DNA of 64,000 nt from an uncultured virus (IMG/VR IMGVR_UViG_3300044631_002251). Lineage: Duplodnaviria; Heunggongvirae; Uroviricota; Caudoviricetes. Positions 40,236 to 49,681 of the stretch are shown here, in pieces (position 1 is the first letter of the stretch; each line of letters starts with the position of its first letter). The notes beneath the pieces were generated by a model. It did not search any database. It was not told the origin of the DNA and saw only the letters and a list, made by a program, of their open reading frames with translations. The position numbers and the translations under genes are program-made. Location: the IMG/VR virus record IMGVR_UViG_3300044631_002251; one strand, 5' to 3'.

Positions 40236-40944
40236 CACATGGGGCTTAATTGAAGGCATAGACTATAAAACAAATGAAGACGGCTCAATCAACTGGCGAG
40301 CAATGGTTAAAACAGAACATCTATTCCCTAATAGAGGTTGGTTTGAATTGCGTAAACAGCAGATGCCCACTTCCATTGAAGGTCTTGCTGATAACCAGCT
40401 TCTTATCAAGCTTGCTGGTATTAAAGAGCTTGCCAAGCTACGAGGATACACAAGCGTAAAATATGATGTAGTTAAGTGTGAAGCTTCTTATGTATCTATT
40501 AAGTGCGGCATAACTTGGATTCCAAATTATGAATCAGAATATGAAAGTTACTACGAAGATATCGCAAACGCTACAGTCAATAATACTTCAGATTTTGCTG
40601 TCAAATTTTTGGAAACGATTGCAGCTAATCGTGCATTCGTTAGGGCTGTAAGAAACTTTTTAGGCGTACATATCGTAGGTAGCGACGAAATCGACGCTTC
40701 CAAGAAAGGTATTCCTTCAGTATTTGAAGACGATAATGAAGTCGCGCTTCCTTCTTCTCAAGGAATGCTAGAAAAGACTGCCAAGAATTCTGGACTTAGT
40801 AATTTTGAAGAGTTCCAAGATTATCTTCGTAATGCTTGGAAACTAGGCGTTTATAAAAATGCTGAAGCTAAAGTTTGGACTAATTATAATGACATTCCTG
40901 CAAAAGAAGCTAGAATTCTAATGTCAATTCTTAAAGATAAGTGA
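40195..40944 (+). CDS. Putative ssDNA-annealing/recombination protein
   Basis: IAANRAFVRAVR motif reminiscent of Rad52-like phage annealases. Confidence 0.4.
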   Translation: MSEKNPLLGPQSRNTWGLIEGIDYKTNEDGSINWRAMVKTEHLFPNRGWFELRKQQMPTSIEGLADNQLLIKLAGIKELAKLRGYTSVKYDVVKCEASYVSIKCGITWIPNYESEYESYYEDIANATVNNTSDFAVKFLETIAANRAFVRAVRNFLGVHIVGSDEIDASKKGIPSVFEDDNEVALPSSQGMLEKTAKNSGLSNFEEFQDYLRNAWKLGVYKNAEAKVWTNYNDIPAKEARILMSILKDK

Positions 40945-41390
40945 TAATTATGTATAGAGAAATTTTACAAATTAACGTAAAGAAGCTTTCAGAAAACGCA
41001 ACTATTCCTACTCAAGGAACAAACTTTGCTGCTGGATATGATTTATATGCAGCGGAAGATACGCTAGTTGTTTGCGGCTCAAGAAAACTAATTAAGACAA
41101 ATATTTCAATGGAGATTACTCCCGGTTATTATGGACGTATTGCTCCTCGTTCTGGTCTAGCTTATAAAAGTGGAATTGATGTTCTGGCTGGTGTAATCGA
41201 TTCTGATTATCGTGGAGATATTGGAGTCATTCTTTATAATACAGACAAGAATATTGATTTTGAAATTAAGAAAGGCGATAGAATTGCTCAGATTATTTTT
41301 GAAGCTTGTTATACCGCTACTTTAAATAATGTAGAAAACTTAGATAATACATTGAGACAAGCTGGCGGCTTTGGATCAACAGGCGTATGA
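40941..41390 (+). CDS. dut: dUTPase (trimeric)
   Basis: AGYDL, PRSG, GVIDSDYRG, RIAQ, GGFGSTG motifs. Confidence 0.95.
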   Translation: MIIMYREILQINVKKLSENATIPTQGTNFAAGYDLYAAEDTLVVCGSRKLIKTNISMEITPGYYGRIAPRSGLAYKSGIDVLAGVIDSDYRGDIGVILYNTDKNIDFEIKKGDRIAQIIFEACYTATLNNVENLDNTLRQAGGFGSTGV

Positions 41391-41668
41391 ACGATAAACA
41401 TATTAAAAAGATTTTAGATAAACAATTTAAGATAGCTAATTTAGATCTTAAATATGAAGATGTCCGCGACAACCAAACTCCAAATTGGCTTACAAAGTAT
41501 TCTTGCACTGAAGAAGACAATGAAAAGTGGAAGAATTGGACTATGAAATATATGCGCGAAAAGATGAAACTCACTAAAGATAAAGCATTGATAGAAACAG
41601 CGTGGATTGATTTGAATTTTGGACTACGAACTTCAACTCATTCTGTCAAGAAATCTAAAAAGAAGTGA
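41387..41668 (+). CDS. Hypothetical protein
   Basis: ATGA overlap with dut. Confidence 0.6.
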   Translation: MNDKHIKKILDKQFKIANLDLKYEDVRDNQTPNWLTKYSCTEEDNEKWKNWTMKYMREKMKLTKDKALIETAWIDLNFGLRTSTHSVKKSKKK

Positions 41669-41940
41669 AGCGAGATCTTAAATTATTAGATCTATGCAAG
41701 ATTCTTGATACAGATTATTCTGATTATGGAGGAAAAATACGTCGCCACAGCGATCCAGATTATAATTATAGCGATTGTAGTTGTGGTTGTAAGTATTTTA
41801 TTCCTTTATACAATCAGAAATATAGAGATGCAGACGTTGACTTCGGAGTCTGCACAAATAAAAGAAGTAAAAGATGCGGATTGCTTACATTCGAACACCA
41901 AGCTGGTTACGGATGTTTTGAGATAGAAAAGCTTAGGTGA
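41665..41940 (+). CDS. Cys-rich hypothetical protein
   Basis: CSCGCKYF...GVC...FEHQAGYGCF. Confidence 0.6.
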   Translation: MKRDLKLLDLCKILDTDYSDYGGKIRRHSDPDYNYSDCSCGCKYFIPLYNQKYRDADVDFGVCTNKRSKRCGLLTFEHQAGYGCFEIEKLR

Positions 41941-42028
41941 GGTGGCCGAGTCTGGTTTATGGCAGAGTTCTACTAAAACTCCGTACTCCAAAAGAGTACC
42001 GAAGGTTCAAATCCTTCTCTCACCGCCA
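41936..42028 (+). tRNA. tRNA-Ser, anticodon ACT
   Basis: Acceptor GGTGAGG/TCTCACC, G73, CCA; anticodon stem GAGTT/AACTC with loop CT-ACT-AA; long variable arm; TTCAAAT T-loop. Confidence 0.9.
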
Positions 42029-42034
42029 ATTTAT

Positions 42035-42108
42035 TGGGGATTCGCATAATGGTAGTGCAGGAGCCTTTGAAGCTCTGTGTGGTGGTTCGATTCCATCATC
42101 CCCAACCA
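42035..42108 (+). tRNA. tRNA-Gln(TTG)
   Basis: TGGGGAT/ATCCCCA acceptor, loop CT-TTG-AA, TTCGATT, encoded CCA. Confidence 0.92.
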
Positions 42109-42115
42109 TTTTATA

Positions 42116-42310
42116 ATGCAAGAAGTAGAATCAATTATATCTAAACTAATAGAATCAATCAAAACAGTTGATTCTAACAAAGCTATCCCTTATTTAGTCA
42201 AGGACTTAGACAAACACGTTCAAGAAGCTTATGCTGAACTTTATAAATACAGAGAACTAAAATTAGTGTATAAAACTGTTAATGACGACAAACGAGGTCA
42301 CTGCTGTTAA
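42116..42310 (+). CDS. Hypothetical protein
   Basis: ATG after tRNA-Gln; the track start at 42077 lies inside the tRNA. Confidence 0.5.
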   Translation: MQEVESIISKLIESIKTVDSNKAIPYLVKDLDKHVQEAYAELYKYRELKLVYKTVNDDKRGHCC

Positions 42311-42485
42311 AATATCTACTCCTTGCACTAGAAAATGCAAGTTAATAGACAATCATTGTGTAGGCTGTGGTCGAACTTGGCAACAAATACGAGACTGGAC
42401 TGTTTATAACGAGTCTGAAAGACTTGCAATAATGAACAATCTTAAGCCAAATATACAATTAAAAGATCAATATGAGTGCTGGTAA
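42282..42485 (+). CDS. DUF1289-like Cys-rich protein
   Basis: TPCTRKC...CVGCGRT...W motif. Confidence 0.75.
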   Translation: MTTNEVTAVKISTPCTRKCKLIDNHCVGCGRTWQQIRDWTVYNESERLAIMNNLKPNIQLKDQYECW

Positions 42486-42600
42486 AGGCGATAAACCAAG
42501 AAATTGTTTTAGCAAAAAATATAAATCTAATTACGATTCAATTAACTGGGGCCGCAACAAGGTAAAGAAGATCAAGAAAGGCTCCAATAGTGAGCGATAA
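42472..42600 (+). CDS. 42-aa basic microprotein (not in ORF track)
   Basis: MSAGKGDKPRNCFSKKYKSNYDSINW... Confidence 0.6.
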   Translation: MSAGKGDKPRNCFSKKYKSNYDSINWGRNKVKKIKKGSNSER

Positions 42601-42805
42601 TTCTTCAAATATACATAGAGCGGTCAACGCAACGACTCTAAGCGAAAAAGAAATTAAAAAATATTCGTTAGTGAAAACCGGCGACTTGTTTAAAAAAGAC
42701 GATTATCTATTACTATACGATGACCAATATGTAAAAATTGGCAATTCAAGTATTTTATTCAAACATAAAGTGCTTAAAGAAAACACAGTATACAGAAAGA
42801 AGTAA
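42590..42805 (+). CDS. Hypothetical protein
   Basis: ORF packed between neighbours. Confidence 0.5.
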   Translation: MSDNSSNIHRAVNATTLSEKEIKKYSLVKTGDLFKKDDYLLLYDDQYVKIGNSSILFKHKVLKENTVYRKK

Positions 42806-42819
42806 GTGTAAATAATTTT

Positions 42820-44130
42820 ATGGCCCAACTGTTCGCTGCTCAATTTCCTCAGAACATAAATACTAATTTGATTTATGATACTACAAAAGAGTATTATAGA
42901 CCATTTATGGACACTGATTTTTTTGGAGGAAATTCAGTTACGAATCCATCTAATGACGCTTTTGGCCGTCAAAGAGTTTCTAATCCTTTTACTTTATTTG
43001 ATAGCTCTCATAGATTTAAAGATAATAATCTTTGGAATACAGCGACAACAGGAACAGCATCAGCGACTTTTAATGCGAATCAAGGTTTGATTGAGTTAGC
43101 AGTTGATAATAGCATTAATTCTGAAGTAGTAAGAGAGACCACAAAAGTATTTTCTTATCAACCGGGAAAATCATTATTAATAATGAATACTTTTGTGATG
43201 GAGTCTTCAAAAACTGGTCTTCGTCAAAGAGTTGGATATTATGGTGCTAGTAATGGAATATATTTAGAACTTGCTAATTCTGTTTTATATATAGTTAAAA
43301 GAAGCTCTGTAAGCGGTATTTTGGTAGACACTAGAGTAGCTCAATCATCTTGGAGCAATGATAATTTAGATGGAACTGGCCCCTCTGGTGTGACTTTGGA
43401 TATTTCAAAAGCTCAAATTTTTTGGATGGATATCGAATGGTTGGGAGTTGGTTCTGTTAGAACTGGATTTGTTATAAATGGCGAATTTGTTTTATGTCAT
43501 ATTTTTAATCACGCAAATTTAATAACATCAACATATATTACAACGGCATCATTACCATTACGTTATGAAATTAAAAATACTGCTGCAACTTCTGGCAGTA
43601 GCGCATTAAAGCAGATTTGTTCTACCGTCATTTCTGAAGGGGGTTATGAACTTCGCGGACTACAACAGGCAATAAGCATTCCTATCACTACTCCAAGATC
43701 TTTAGCTACTGCTGGAACTTATTATCCAGTTATTTCTATAAGATTAAAATCTGGCTTTTTAGACGCTATTGTAGTCATGACCGCTCTTTCAGTAATGGGT
43801 CTTGCTAATGGTGTTAATTATAATTGGCAAATAAGAGCGACTGGAATAACTACAGGAGGATCTTGGGTGAGTGCTGGAACCGATAGTTCTGTGGAATACA
43901 ATTTTTCTGGAAGTTCTTTTAGCGGTGGTAGAATACTTGCGAGCGGATTTATTAATTCATCAAATCAAGGCTCTCCATCAGCCGATATTCTTAGAGACGC
44001 TCTTTTTAAGTTTCAATTAGAAAGAAACGTATTTACTTCAACTGCTTATGAATTAACACTCGTTGTTGCTGCTGGAACAGATAACGAAAGTATTTTTGCA
44101 TCTATGGATTGGGAAGAGGTTAGCAGATAA
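42820..44130 (+). CDS. Putative virion structural protein (beta-rich)
   Basis: DAFGRQRVSNP, YQPGKS, EWLGVG motifs; GTGTAA-N8-ATG. Confidence 0.6.
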   Translation: MAQLFAAQFPQNINTNLIYDTTKEYYRPFMDTDFFGGNSVTNPSNDAFGRQRVSNPFTLFDSSHRFKDNNLWNTATTGTASATFNANQGLIELAVDNSINSEVVRETTKVFSYQPGKSLLIMNTFVMESSKTGLRQRVGYYGASNGIYLELANSVLYIVKRSSVSGILVDTRVAQSSWSNDNLDGTGPSGVTLDISKAQIFWMDIEWLGVGSVRTGFVINGEFVLCHIFNHANLITSTYITTASLPLRYEIKNTAATSGSSALKQICSTVISEGGYELRGLQQAISIPITTPRSLATAGTYYPVISIRLKSGFLDAIVVMTALSVMGLANGVNYNWQIRATGITTGGSWVSAGTDSSVEYNFSGSSFSGGRILASGFINSSNQGSPSADILRDALFKFQLERNVFTSTAYELTLVVAAGTDNESIFASMDWEEVSR

Positions 44131-44174
44131 ATATTTTATATTTTCTTTTTATTATTATCTGTGTAATAACAGAT

Positions 44175-45134
44175 ATGACAACCAAACTACCAATATTAAT
44201 ACTATTGGTTTTTTTATTTACTGGGTGCTTCTCGACCATCAAACCTTCTAAGCAGATAGATGATAACCAGAAAGTTATCGCTAAAGAAGAGAAAAAAGTA
44301 GATACTACTTTAGTAGAAATCGAAAAGAACGATAAAGGCAAGAGAATTCAAACCTCTGGGCTTTCAATCGGCATTCAACATTCTTTAAATCAAGTTTCAA
44401 ATCCGCCCGTTCAAGTAGATACGGCCAAAGCTCTTAATGAAAGAGTGATTTCTATTGTCGGCTCACCTCATATTGATGAAATAAAAAGAATTAAAGCCAC
44501 CGTAGATCTATTAAATTCTCAAGTTGCTGAAGAACGCAAAAAAGGCGAAGAATTATTATCCCAGCGAGATGAAATAATCAATAAACTTCAAAAAGAAAAG
44601 TCAGAATTAAATGAAAAATACGATGATCAACTCTGGCAACTAACCGATAAAGCTAAAGAAGTAGCCAAAGAAGCTGATCAAAATAAAGCTGTGTTAGACT
44701 CAATGAGCGGAATGTTTGGTCTTAATGCAGTATTTTGGGGGTTAAAGAAGTTCTTTATTAGCGCAATGACTGCAATAGTTGTATTTATAGTTGTATTTGT
44801 TATACTTAGATTGCTTGCGACAGTTCATCCTGCTGCCGCCGCTGCATTTTCAATATTTAATATGTTAGGATCGGCAATCATCTCAGTTCTAAAGGCTTTA
44901 ACTCCCAAAGCTTTTGAAATGTGTAATTTTGCCACAAAAGATAAGGTCGATGAATTTAAATCTCCTCTTGTTAAAATTGTAGATGTAATTCAAGAGCTTA
45001 AAGAAAAACAAAAAGAATCTCCAGATAGAGTATATCCATTAACCGAAGTGTTAAAGAGATTTGATAAAGAAATGGATAAACCAGAAAAAGATTTGATTGA
45101 TGATATTTTAAAAGAACAAAAGTGGACTAAATAA
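44175..45134 (+). CDS. Lipoprotein with coiled coil and internal TM segment (spanin-like)
   Basis: Signal peptide with FTGC lipobox, ~160-aa helical region, TM FFISAMTAIVVFIVVFVIL. Confidence 0.55.
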   Translation: MTTKLPILILLVFLFTGCFSTIKPSKQIDDNQKVIAKEEKKVDTTLVEIEKNDKGKRIQTSGLSIGIQHSLNQVSNPPVQVDTAKALNERVISIVGSPHIDEIKRIKATVDLLNSQVAEERKKGEELLSQRDEIINKLQKEKSELNEKYDDQLWQLTDKAKEVAKEADQNKAVLDSMSGMFGLNAVFWGLKKFFISAMTAIVVFIVVFVILRLLATVHPAAAAAFSIFNMLGSAIISVLKALTPKAFEMCNFATKDKVDEFKSPLVKIVDVIQELKEKQKESPDRVYPLTEVLKRFDKEMDKPEKDLIDDILKEQKWTK

Positions 45135-45143
45135 AAATTAAAA

Positions 45144-45761
45144 ATGAATGAAATCTTTTCAAATATAAAGAAATACTTATTAATTGTACTTTTACCAACT
45201 GCGCTTTTAGTTATTCTTTCAATATCTTGTTTAAAAGATATAGAAAAAGCGTTTGTCAGATTTAGATTTGGTAGAGATATAACTCTCTATCTTAGAAGAT
45301 CCACAGATCATTTAACATATCTTGGCGCTGCATATACTGCTACAGCAGATAAGAAATTCTTAGAACAATTTAATATTCATCTAAAAGAAAGAGAAAACTA
45401 CTTCAATAACGAAGTTTTTATTTCTAAAATACTTACTCAAGAGGAATTAAAAGAATTTAGAGTTGGTTTAGACATAAGCAATGAATTAGCAAAAGAAATA
45501 GAAGGGCCTGCTTTTGAAAAGATGGATAGCAAGGCGTTCTTTGGTGACAAATATTTAGATTATAAAAAGAGAATATATCTTAGCAAAGAAAAATTTAGAG
45601 ATTTAATTAATAATAGTTCAGAAAAAATAATTCATAATGAAACAAAACTACTAAATATATATTTATACGGTTTATGCTTGATTATCATTTCGTTAGTTTT
45701 TTTAATTAAGAACGACAATCAACCCATTAAAAAGAAAACCATAAAAAAGAAAAAGAAATAA
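45144..45761 (+). CDS. Two-TM membrane protein with chemoreceptor-like extracytoplasmic domain
   Basis: N- and C-terminal TMs flank STDHLTYLGAAYTATADKKFLEQF...FFGDKYLDYKKRI. Confidence 0.5.
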   Translation: MNEIFSNIKKYLLIVLLPTALLVILSISCLKDIEKAFVRFRFGRDITLYLRRSTDHLTYLGAAYTATADKKFLEQFNIHLKERENYFNNEVFISKILTQEELKEFRVGLDISNELAKEIEGPAFEKMDSKAFFGDKYLDYKKRIYLSKEKFRDLINNSSEKIIHNETKLLNIYLYGLCLIIISLVFLIKNDNQPIKKKTIKKKKK

Positions 45762-45764
45762 TTT

Positions 45765-46085
45765 ATGGACCAACTTCAAAAAATGGGAATTCAGATTGGT
45801 TTTTTAATCAGTGGTTTATTTGGAGCTATACTAATGGCTACAAAAAATGAAAAAACAGATGTTAAATCTGTATTTTTATCTTTAGTAGGCGGAATGTCAG
45901 CCGCCAACTTCCTTACTCCTGTTCTAGTTGACGTATTAAATATAACAAATACTAAACACCAAAATGGCATAGCTTTTATTGCAGGATTTCTAGGGTTAAA
46001 ATTAGTTGAAATAGTTAGTGAAAAATTCTTGGAAAAAATTAATAATAATCCCAAAATAAAAACTAAAAAAAAGATTAAAAAGTAA
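45765..46085 (+). CDS. Putative holin
   Basis: 106 aa, three hydrophobic segments, AFIAGFLG, basic C-tail. Confidence 0.65.
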   Translation: MDQLQKMGIQIGFLISGLFGAILMATKNEKTDVKSVFLSLVGGMSAANFLTPVLVDVLNITNTKHQNGIAFIAGFLGLKLVEIVSEKFLEKINNNPKIKTKKKIKK

Positions 46086-46121
46086 TACTCCCATCACTTA
46101 ATTTCTAGTGTAAAAAACGAT

Positions 46122-46343
46122 ATGTCAGATCAATATAACAACAACAGTTATGATGCAGTTCTATCAAGGATGGAACAAAAACTAGACACTATTGCTGAAA
46201 ATATTGACAACATTAAAAAAGGCCAGAAAGACTTAGAATCGCGAGTCTCTGGTTTAGAATATTTTAAGTATTATTTAGCAGGAATAGTTGCGGCAGTTTC
46301 AGTTGGAGCTAATTATTTAATGAATAAAGTAAAGAACGGTTGA
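46122..46343 (+). CDS. XhlA-like coiled-coil membrane protein
   Basis: Coiled coil plus C-terminal TM; GTGTAA-N8-ATG. Confidence 0.55.
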   Translation: MSDQYNNNSYDAVLSRMEQKLDTIAENIDNIKKGQKDLESRVSGLEYFKYYLAGIVAAVSVGANYLMNKVKNG

Positions 46344-46394
46344 TCAAAGAAAATTTCTTGACTTCTTGCGAAATCTGTGTAAGATCATATACCT

Positions 46395-47099
46395 ATGATT
46401 AAGTCATTTAAGTTATTCATCGCGTCAATTCTAGCCTCAGTCGCAGTTTTTGCTGCGGATACTGAGTCAACAATCAATGCCAGCATTAACGCTGGTTACA
46501 ACAATCACTACATCGTTAACGGTCTAGCAAAGACTAGCGAATCGGCATTTGCTGGTTTCGACATTGGAAAGACTTATTTTGGTGTAGATACTTATGTCGG
46601 TGGTGTCATTCTTCCTAATTCCAACAACATTGATGAATCTCACTGGAAGGTTGGAGTTGGTAAGGCTCTAAAGATTACTGAGAAGTTCTCGCTTCGTGGT
46701 GATTTGCAAGCACTTCGTCACCAGAGTTCAATTGTTGGAGGTCGCAATTCTACTGAAATCGCTCCAAAGATTGCATTGGTAAATCCTTATCTAACTCCTT
46801 ATATTCGCGGTTCACATGATTTTAACCTTGGTCAATCAGGTTATATCGTTGGTGCTGAACGTCCAACCGATGTATTTGGTTGGTTCACGCTTACTCCAAC
46901 CGTCGAATATGGCAAGTTTACTGATTATGATGTCGTAGCTGCTAAGATTGGTGTCTCTCGTACCTTCTTCAATCATCTTCAACCTTATGCTGAAGTTGGA
47001 TACTATGACAATAATTTTCAAGCCTCTAAGTACAACTTTGCAAGTCAAGAATTCAGCGGTGATGTAGTCGTTCTAGCGGGAGTTCGCTGGAACTTCTAA
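46395..47099 (+). CDS. Outer-membrane beta-barrel / porin-like protein
   Basis: Signal peptide (AVFA-A), amphipathic beta strands, C-terminal beta-signal GVRWNF. Confidence 0.75.
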   Translation: MIKSFKLFIASILASVAVFAADTESTINASINAGYNNHYIVNGLAKTSESAFAGFDIGKTYFGVDTYVGGVILPNSNNIDESHWKVGVGKALKITEKFSLRGDLQALRHQSSIVGGRNSTEIAPKIALVNPYLTPYIRGSHDFNLGQSGYIVGAERPTDVFGWFTLTPTVEYGKFTDYDVVAAKIGVSRTFFNHLQPYAEVGYYDNNFQASKYNFASQEFSGDVVVLAGVRWNF

Positions 47100-47124
47100 T
47101 AATGAACGATATTTAGTCAAATAT

Positions 47125-47152
47125 ACCGTCAACGAAAGTTGACGGTTTTTTT
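47125..47152 (+). terminator. Intrinsic terminator
   Basis: accgtcaac-gaaa-gttgacggt plus T tract. Confidence 0.9.
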
Positions 47153-47189
47153 GTGTTGACATCTAAAGTTTTTCTGTTATCGTCAAACA

Positions 47190-47783
47190 ATGTCGAGTTA
47201 TTCTAATCAAATAACAACTCTGCTTTTAGATTCGTCTTTCATGCCCTATACCTTTTTAACTGGTAGGGCTACATTCTTGCATTTGATAAAAAACAATATT
47301 AAATGCTTCGATGCAAGCGATAATTTAATAGACAACAATCTGCAATGGTTTTCTAATCAAGGAATTAATTTTCATGAAGATCAGCCGTTCTTGACTTCTA
47401 AAGATAAGATTTGGTTTATTCCTACCACAGCAGTTATAAAAGCTTCTTTCTTTTCAAAAAGAAAAAGACTGCCACGCACTTTAAGTCTTCAAAAATTATG
47501 TATAATTTTTGATTACACTTGTCAAATTTGTCACGAAAGATTTGACAAGAAAGATATGACTGTTGAACATATCTTCCCCCGCTCTAAAGGTGGAACGAAA
47601 GAGATAGAAAACATCACCTTGACTTGTGCGCGGTGTAATCAAATGAAGAAGGATATGTATCCATTCTTTGATAATAAGAATCGCGATATCAAATCTGTTC
47701 CCATGCCTATTCCTATTCTTCCTAATAGACCAATTAATAATCGTGAAGAATGGCAAAAATACTTTATTTATAAAAAAATCTAA
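47190..47783 (+). CDS. HNH endonuclease (McrA-like)
   Basis: CQIC...TVEHIFPRSKGG...NITLTCARCN. Confidence 0.88.
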   Translation: MSSYSNQITTLLLDSSFMPYTFLTGRATFLHLIKNNIKCFDASDNLIDNNLQWFSNQGINFHEDQPFLTSKDKIWFIPTTAVIKASFFSKRKRLPRTLSLQKLCIIFDYTCQICHERFDKKDMTVEHIFPRSKGGTKEIENITLTCARCNQMKKDMYPFFDNKNRDIKSVPMPIPILPNRPINNREEWQKYFIYKKI

Positions 47784-47805
47784 TATAATTATAGATAATT
47801 CTAAA

Positions 47806-48834
47806 ATGGTTAAACCAATAATAATAATTGATGTTTTTATCGATAGCGATTTAAAAAAAGATATTTTCATATCTAATTTAGAGAAGTTTAAACAATTAGA
47901 CATTCCAATATTATTAATTTGCAATAAACCTTTAACAATTGAAATACAAAAAAGTGTTGATTATGTTTTATTTGACAACCAAAATCTTTTATTCCAAGCC
48001 GAGTATAAGTATGACATTAATATATATCACACTCTTTCTTTCGAAAATTTTACTTTCAAAAGTGAATATTGGTACAAGCAGGAACACGGATTGTCTGTTT
48101 TATGTAATTTAACAAAAAGTGTTGAATTTGTAAAAAAATTAGGTTTTACCAAATTTATTCATTTTGAGTGGGATTATTTTATACATGATGACGATTTAAA
48201 ATCTATAAAAAATTTAATTTATGATTTTCTAAATAAAAATAGTAGAGCTTATTTTGTTAACACGACAGAAACAACTTTTTATTTTTGGATGGTTGATATT
48301 GATTTTTGGATTGATAAGTTTCCTAAAATACTGTGCGAAGATGACTATAAAAATTATTTAGGCAGGTTGGGTTTTAATAAAAATTTTAAAAAAGCTGAAG
48401 ACGTTGTTTTTATTGCTTTTAAAGATTTTCTAAAAGAACATGAATCAATAAATGCTTATATTTTTTTAAAATCATTCACGCCTAAATCGCAATTAAATCT
48501 TTTTACAAGTGATTTTAATTTTGGAAAACCTAACCTTAAATCTTGTTTTCGGGGATTATGCAAGGTTGAAAAAAATGAAAAGTTAATTGATCAATTAATA
48601 ATTTTTACCTTCAACTCTGGTGAGAACGAAATAGTTGAAAACTTATATACAATAAAATTCGATGATAAAATTCAAAAATTTAATCATAAATTAATTAAAA
48701 AACAATGGAGATCTAATTTGATTGAAGAATTTCAATTTTATAAATTCCCAATTGAATTGCAAATAAACGAAGATTTCAAAAAAACATACCATTCCCTAGA
48801 AGAAATTAATAATAAAATAATTTATAATTCATGA
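47806..48834 (+). CDS. Hypothetical protein (possible glycan-related)
   Basis: Very AT-rich; HFEWD motif; ATG at 47806 preferred. Confidence 0.5.
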   Translation: MVKPIIIIDVFIDSDLKKDIFISNLEKFKQLDIPILLICNKPLTIEIQKSVDYVLFDNQNLLFQAEYKYDINIYHTLSFENFTFKSEYWYKQEHGLSVLCNLTKSVEFVKKLGFTKFIHFEWDYFIHDDDLKSIKNLIYDFLNKNSRAYFVNTTETTFYFWMVDIDFWIDKFPKILCEDDYKNYLGRLGFNKNFKKAEDVVFIAFKDFLKEHESINAYIFLKSFTPKSQLNLFTSDFNFGKPNLKSCFRGLCKVEKNEKLIDQLIIFTFNSGENEIVENLYTIKFDDKIQKFNHKLIKKQWRSNLIEEFQFYKFPIELQINEDFKKTYHSLEEINNKIIYNS

Positions 48835-49016
48835 ATATATCTGAATTCGAACGTTCTAAACCAACCAATACTTACAAAAAAATAAAAGAGTTGGAAAAAT
48901 TAATTAAAGAAGAGCAAGTAAAGACTGAAAATCTTTATGCAAATCGTATCGCGACTCTTGACACGATGTTAAAAGCCGTGCATAATCTCATGGATACATT
49001 TAAAAAAGGCGAATAG
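48831..49016 (+). CDS. Hypothetical coiled-coil protein
   Basis: ATGA overlap with previous gene. Confidence 0.5.
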   Translation: MNISEFERSKPTNTYKKIKELEKLIKEEQVKTENLYANRIATLDTMLKAVHNLMDTFKKGE

Positions 49017-49681
49017 TGAGCTATTTATCTACAAATATACCAACCCAATTAGGATACTTAGATACATCTTTTCTTACAGATAGTGCGCCAAGAACAACTG
49101 GAAAATTTATTCCTGTAGAAATTTTTTCAATTGTTTCTATACCTAGACGCTGTTTGATGTTTAACGTCATGAGTGAATACGGCGCACAGTTCGCTAGAGT
49201 GCCTATTCATTATCTGTCCAATAGTGAACAACCAATCACCAAATATGAATTAGATTGGTTGCAGCTATGGGATAGTTTCAGTTATTATTTTACAATTCAA
49301 AGATTTGAATATTTAAAAAATGGTAGTGCATATATTTATCTTAAAGATAAGAAAATGCATGTAGGAAAATATCTATTTACAATTGATTGGTGCAATGGTG
49401 AAGATTATAATCTAGGTTATTCTGAAATATCTGCTGGACACAAATGCGCTCATATTTTTTGGGGCGAAGGAGGGCAAATGTTTGCTCAACCAAATAATAG
49501 AATAGTTTTTAGAGACAGTGGCGCATGGATATCAAATAAACTTCCCCCTGAATCAAAAACTTGGAAACCGTTTTCTAAAGAATTTTCCTGTGAAGGTCTA
49601 GCTCACAAGTGGACCGCAGGTGACGCTGAATTAATGTATTATGAGTTTCAATCCCAACAATCCGAGACTAAGCAAGCCTGA
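49016..49681 (+). CDS. Hypothetical phage protein
   Basis: LQLWDSFS, YLFTIDW, HKCAH, AQPNNR motifs. Confidence 0.65.
   Translation: MSYLSTNIPTQLGYLDTSFLTDSAPRTTGKFIPVEIFSIVSIPRRCLMFNVMSEYGAQFARVPIHYLSNSEQPITKYELDWLQLWDSFSYYFTIQRFEYLKNGSAYIYLKDKKMHVGKYLFTIDWCNGEDYNLGYSEISAGHKCAHIFWGEGGQMFAQPNNRIVFRDSGAWISNKLPPESKTWKPFSKEFSCEGLAHKWTAGDAELMYYEFQSQQSETKQA

Noticed and set aside
41936..42028. Amber suppressor reading (CTA occurs in the loop)
   Set aside because: The 5-bp stem fixes a 7-nt loop with ACT at 34-36; genes end normally at TAG (e.g. 18065, 28570) and ORFs are not broken by in-frame stops, so there is no sign of recoding
42077..42115. 5' extension of ORF 42077..42310
   Set aside because: Lies within tRNA-Gln; ATG 42116 is more plausible
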